A DNA stretch of 32,541 bases from Barthelona sp. PCE (taxonomy: Eukaryota). The stretch spans positions 1,302,001 to 1,334,541 of the forward strand of contig JAUFOR010000001.1 of the NCBI GenBank assembly GCA_040285745.1. The letters are read 5' to 3'. Under the pieces are notes generated by a model that made no database searches, was not told the DNA's origin, and saw nothing but the letters and a program-made list of their open reading frames with translations. The position numbers and the translations under genes are program-made. Below, one piece after another: positions 29,560-32,541 of this stretch. The stretch's first letter is position 1; each line of letters starts with the position of its first letter.

Positions 29560-32541
29560 TCAGACTCTACGCCTGCTCCTTGCTGCCCTCATAATGTTCT
29601 TCATAGCATAAGCGTGAAAAGCAAATAGATGGTAGCTAAGACCTTTTTTAAGTTTCGTTCCACTGGTCTTAATTGATTGCGACGTTGATCTCTCGTTCAA
29701 CGACTCGAGCACCTGTTCCCACGACGTGTAAGCTAGCTCGAAATTGTATTTCTCGCGTGCCTTCGACGTCGGTTCCCACAACATCGGATCCCAAATGGCT
29801 CCTCCGTGCGCAACGGCCAAATCTGACCGGCTGGGGTCATCAAAGTTTTTGCCCTTATTTAGCTTCTGTGTGCTTAGGCTGCACGTACGTGATGATCTTT
29901 GCTCGTGAACTATGCGATGAAGTCATAACATCCACCACAACCTTGTATCCGTGAGTTCCAGTATTGCAAAAATCTGGTCGCTTACGTTCTTCCGATTGGG
30001 GCAATGACTCACCACTTTCGTACCGTCTATGTGTCCAACCCAAACACGATTGATATGTCACTGTACCTCAAACTTTTCTTTTAGGGAATTGTTTATCCAA
30101 GTTGAAAATATGAGCATTTCCTGATTTTCGAACAGTATCAACTGTTTTCTCAAGAATGTTGTTGTGCAGTTGACGACAAGACCGTGATTTTTGAACAAGA
30201 ATAATGATGACTTCTTCTGTCTAAAAACCTTTTCTCCACAGAAGTTGCACCGCCCAGAGGCGTACATTTCAAGAAAGTTCAGGGAACAAATAATTGGTAT
30301 ATACCGGCTAAAGCATAACCAAAACATGTAACGCTCATCAAACATTGAATGAATATTGGCAACTGACCTTTGGGCCATGTGGCGACGGTAGCATCAGAGT
30401 GACCAGGCAACAGAACGCTGAGACATCGAGGCGTCTCGGGATATAAATGATTCTGGATGGAAAACGACAATGTTTGATCGCATAATCAAACAATTGAAAA
30501 ACGTTTTGTGAGAATGTTTTGTAGTTTGCTTTTTTGACGCACAATATTAGTAGCCATACTGATCTCAACATCGTACGACTCCATCTGAGTGTGCTGCCCA
30601 TAGTTTAAAACTACAGTAAATTTGAAGCAAATTCATGCTTTGTTTCACTGTTAAGAGAAACTGCTTCCACAAGTTTAGCAAGGTCCTCATCTTGGTAATG
30701 AGCATCCGGCATAAAGTAGGGTTTGTTATCTTTGTCATAGTTGAATCTAGCTGCGGCCAAATAACGTGGGCTAAGCCTAGTGAAATCCGACCACTCAATC
30801 AAATTGAAACGCTTGATTGAGCTACTTACCGAAGCGGTACTTGCCAAGTCAGCTATTTTGTGGAGAAACACAAAGTCTAGACAACCAGTCCCACCAAGAG
30901 ACAAAGGATAACGGAGAGTTGGAGCTTCATCGATCGATAACTCATCGGCTCCAGGAAATCCTCAAGAAGTAAATTCTGTTTGATGGTCCTTTCCATATCA
31001 TCAACTGCATCTTCAGTGCGAGAGTCACCGAGCGTACGTGATGAATGAGCATCTGATCAATCGACATAGAAGCAAGATAAAACAAAGCTGTCCCTGGACT
31101 TATATACTCGAAGTTGTTTGACGCCATTGCTGCAAATCTTTGCGCATGCATGACTAACATTAAAGTCGCCAATCTGAGTACCTAACAATTGAAAAAAGCT
31201 AAGCTTTGTGGGTAGCGATGTTCTCTTTTTTCACCCTTGGAAATATCCTTGGAAGCGAAAGTAACACTCCCGGCTCCATACCCCACCTCAGCTCTGACAC
31301 TAATTCTCAGCATTCACTTCAGGTTATAGAACTGAGCTTACCTTTGATTGGCATCAAAGTTGACATGACAGTTGATGGTTCACCAACAATATAAATATCA
31401 GTATACGCGTACATATTGATCAACTCAGGGCCAAGGGCTTCGTATCCTTCCAACATCAGCAATAAGAAGAGCAAATAACAATGGATGCCAGCACCCTGTA
31501 CACGCCCATACAACTAGCTCGTGTGCTGAAGGCGCTCTCCATTCGACCGAATTGGCCTTGCATATCTGGATGATATGTTTTAAAAGCACCATGAGAGCAT
31601 GTGCACGGCAGCAATATGCAGCAGCTTGTCACGACGAACGCTGTTGAAGGCGTTAGCAATGTCAATAACAAGAGCAACATTACGATCACTTCGCTTTAGA
31701 TTGACATCAACGAGGTTTGCGACCAGAGCAGTAGCATCCCGCATCCCAGCACCGAATTGTTTGTGTTTAAAACAAGTACTTTTTGACACGTTCAGACTGA
31801 AACTTCAGATCTGACTCGCGATGATCTTATCAGCGATACCGCAGAGTGCAGAGGCAACTGCGATGGGGCGTACAGGCATATGCTCACCCTCTTGAAGCTC
31901 CTCACATGCTTTTTTTAAGAAAATTAGTCGGATATTCAAAGGGCCCACGGGCGCGATCCGAACGCATAATCGGTGATAACTTGAGTAAAAGCATCCATGT
32001 AGCGATCGTTACGATAGTTTCCTGCAGCAACTTGCCGTAAATATGGCATCACTCCATCGGCACCGGCAGAAAATGTACTTTTTGACTTTTTTGGTGGTCT
32101 CATACACGTATATCTTTCTGATATTATGATTTCCCTTGGGTCCCTCTCACCTCTCTTGAAAGAACTCATGGTTTTGCGCAGAATCGCATCAGAAACTGGT
32201 GCACTGACTGGATGCTTTGATTGCATCTGTTCAGCAACGTTAGTATCTGATAAAGGCATGGTACCTTGCTCTTTGCTAGCCTTATGGCCTTTCCTGGTTG
32301 GTTGGCGTCTGCGTACTTCTTCATACGAAGGCTTACAGACTCCTGGGGATGGCTGATTGGAACGTTGCCTCGGCGTCTTACCAAAACATAGCGCAGGCGC
32401 TGCAACTATTAGAGCCTCATAGCATCGTTGAGACTCAACGTAATGGAGTATTCCGTATTAACAAACCAATCTTCAGGACACAGAAATATAGCTTTCTTGA
32501 TTTCTTATCACCAATTAAATTATCTTGGTTCTCGATAACTT
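29560..32541 (-). pseudogene. RT-CCHC-RLE polyprotein pseudogene
   Basis: Many frameshifts and in-frame stops; the catalytic YxDD motif is reduced to YAYTD-IYIVG. Confidence 0.85.

Larger units (their letters stand above)
29413..32541 (-). mobile_element. Decayed non-LTR retrotransposon with a restriction-like endonuclease (CRE/SLACS-clade-like); 5' part lies beyond the window
   Basis: Motifs occur in the expected order across frameshifts: GKAIRL, QSKHP, SAGADG, RLIFLKK...VRPIAV (~31870), QFGAG, IDIANAFNSVRR (~31630-31666), GV.QG...HPLLF (~31500), YAYTD (~31400), PLSLGGTG...ADLAS (~30900-30840), CNFCG...D...HHYSC...LHNN (~30250-30160), RPD...VVVDV (~29980-29925), AVAHGG. Confidence 0.88.

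Overview
Gene-dense, essentially intron-free eukaryotic DNA in the standard code, from a flagellated protist. It looks metamonad-like from its compactness and motifs, but that is inference only. Left to right: a >980-aa AT-rich ORF running off the left edge (missed by the ORF track); a 7-TM DUF6962/CREST-like protein; a C2-like plus tandem bacterial-type SH3 protein; a ribosome cluster (RPS27A with a shrunken, degenerate ubiquitin leader, RPL10A/uL1, UTP7/WDR46); a single-exon 3050-aa CFAP47; an array of four related ~625-720-aa beta-rich orphan paralogues with decayed fragments; and a decayed CRE-like RLE non-LTR retrotransposon ending in a perfect 2x63-bp repeat. The most striking signal is a 120-nt nested RNA structure directly after the RPL10A stop codon. 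Its central asymmetric loop reproduces, circularly permuted, the uL1-binding kink motif of the LSU rRNA L1 stalk, making it a candidate 3'-UTR autoregulatory element for eukaryotic uL1.
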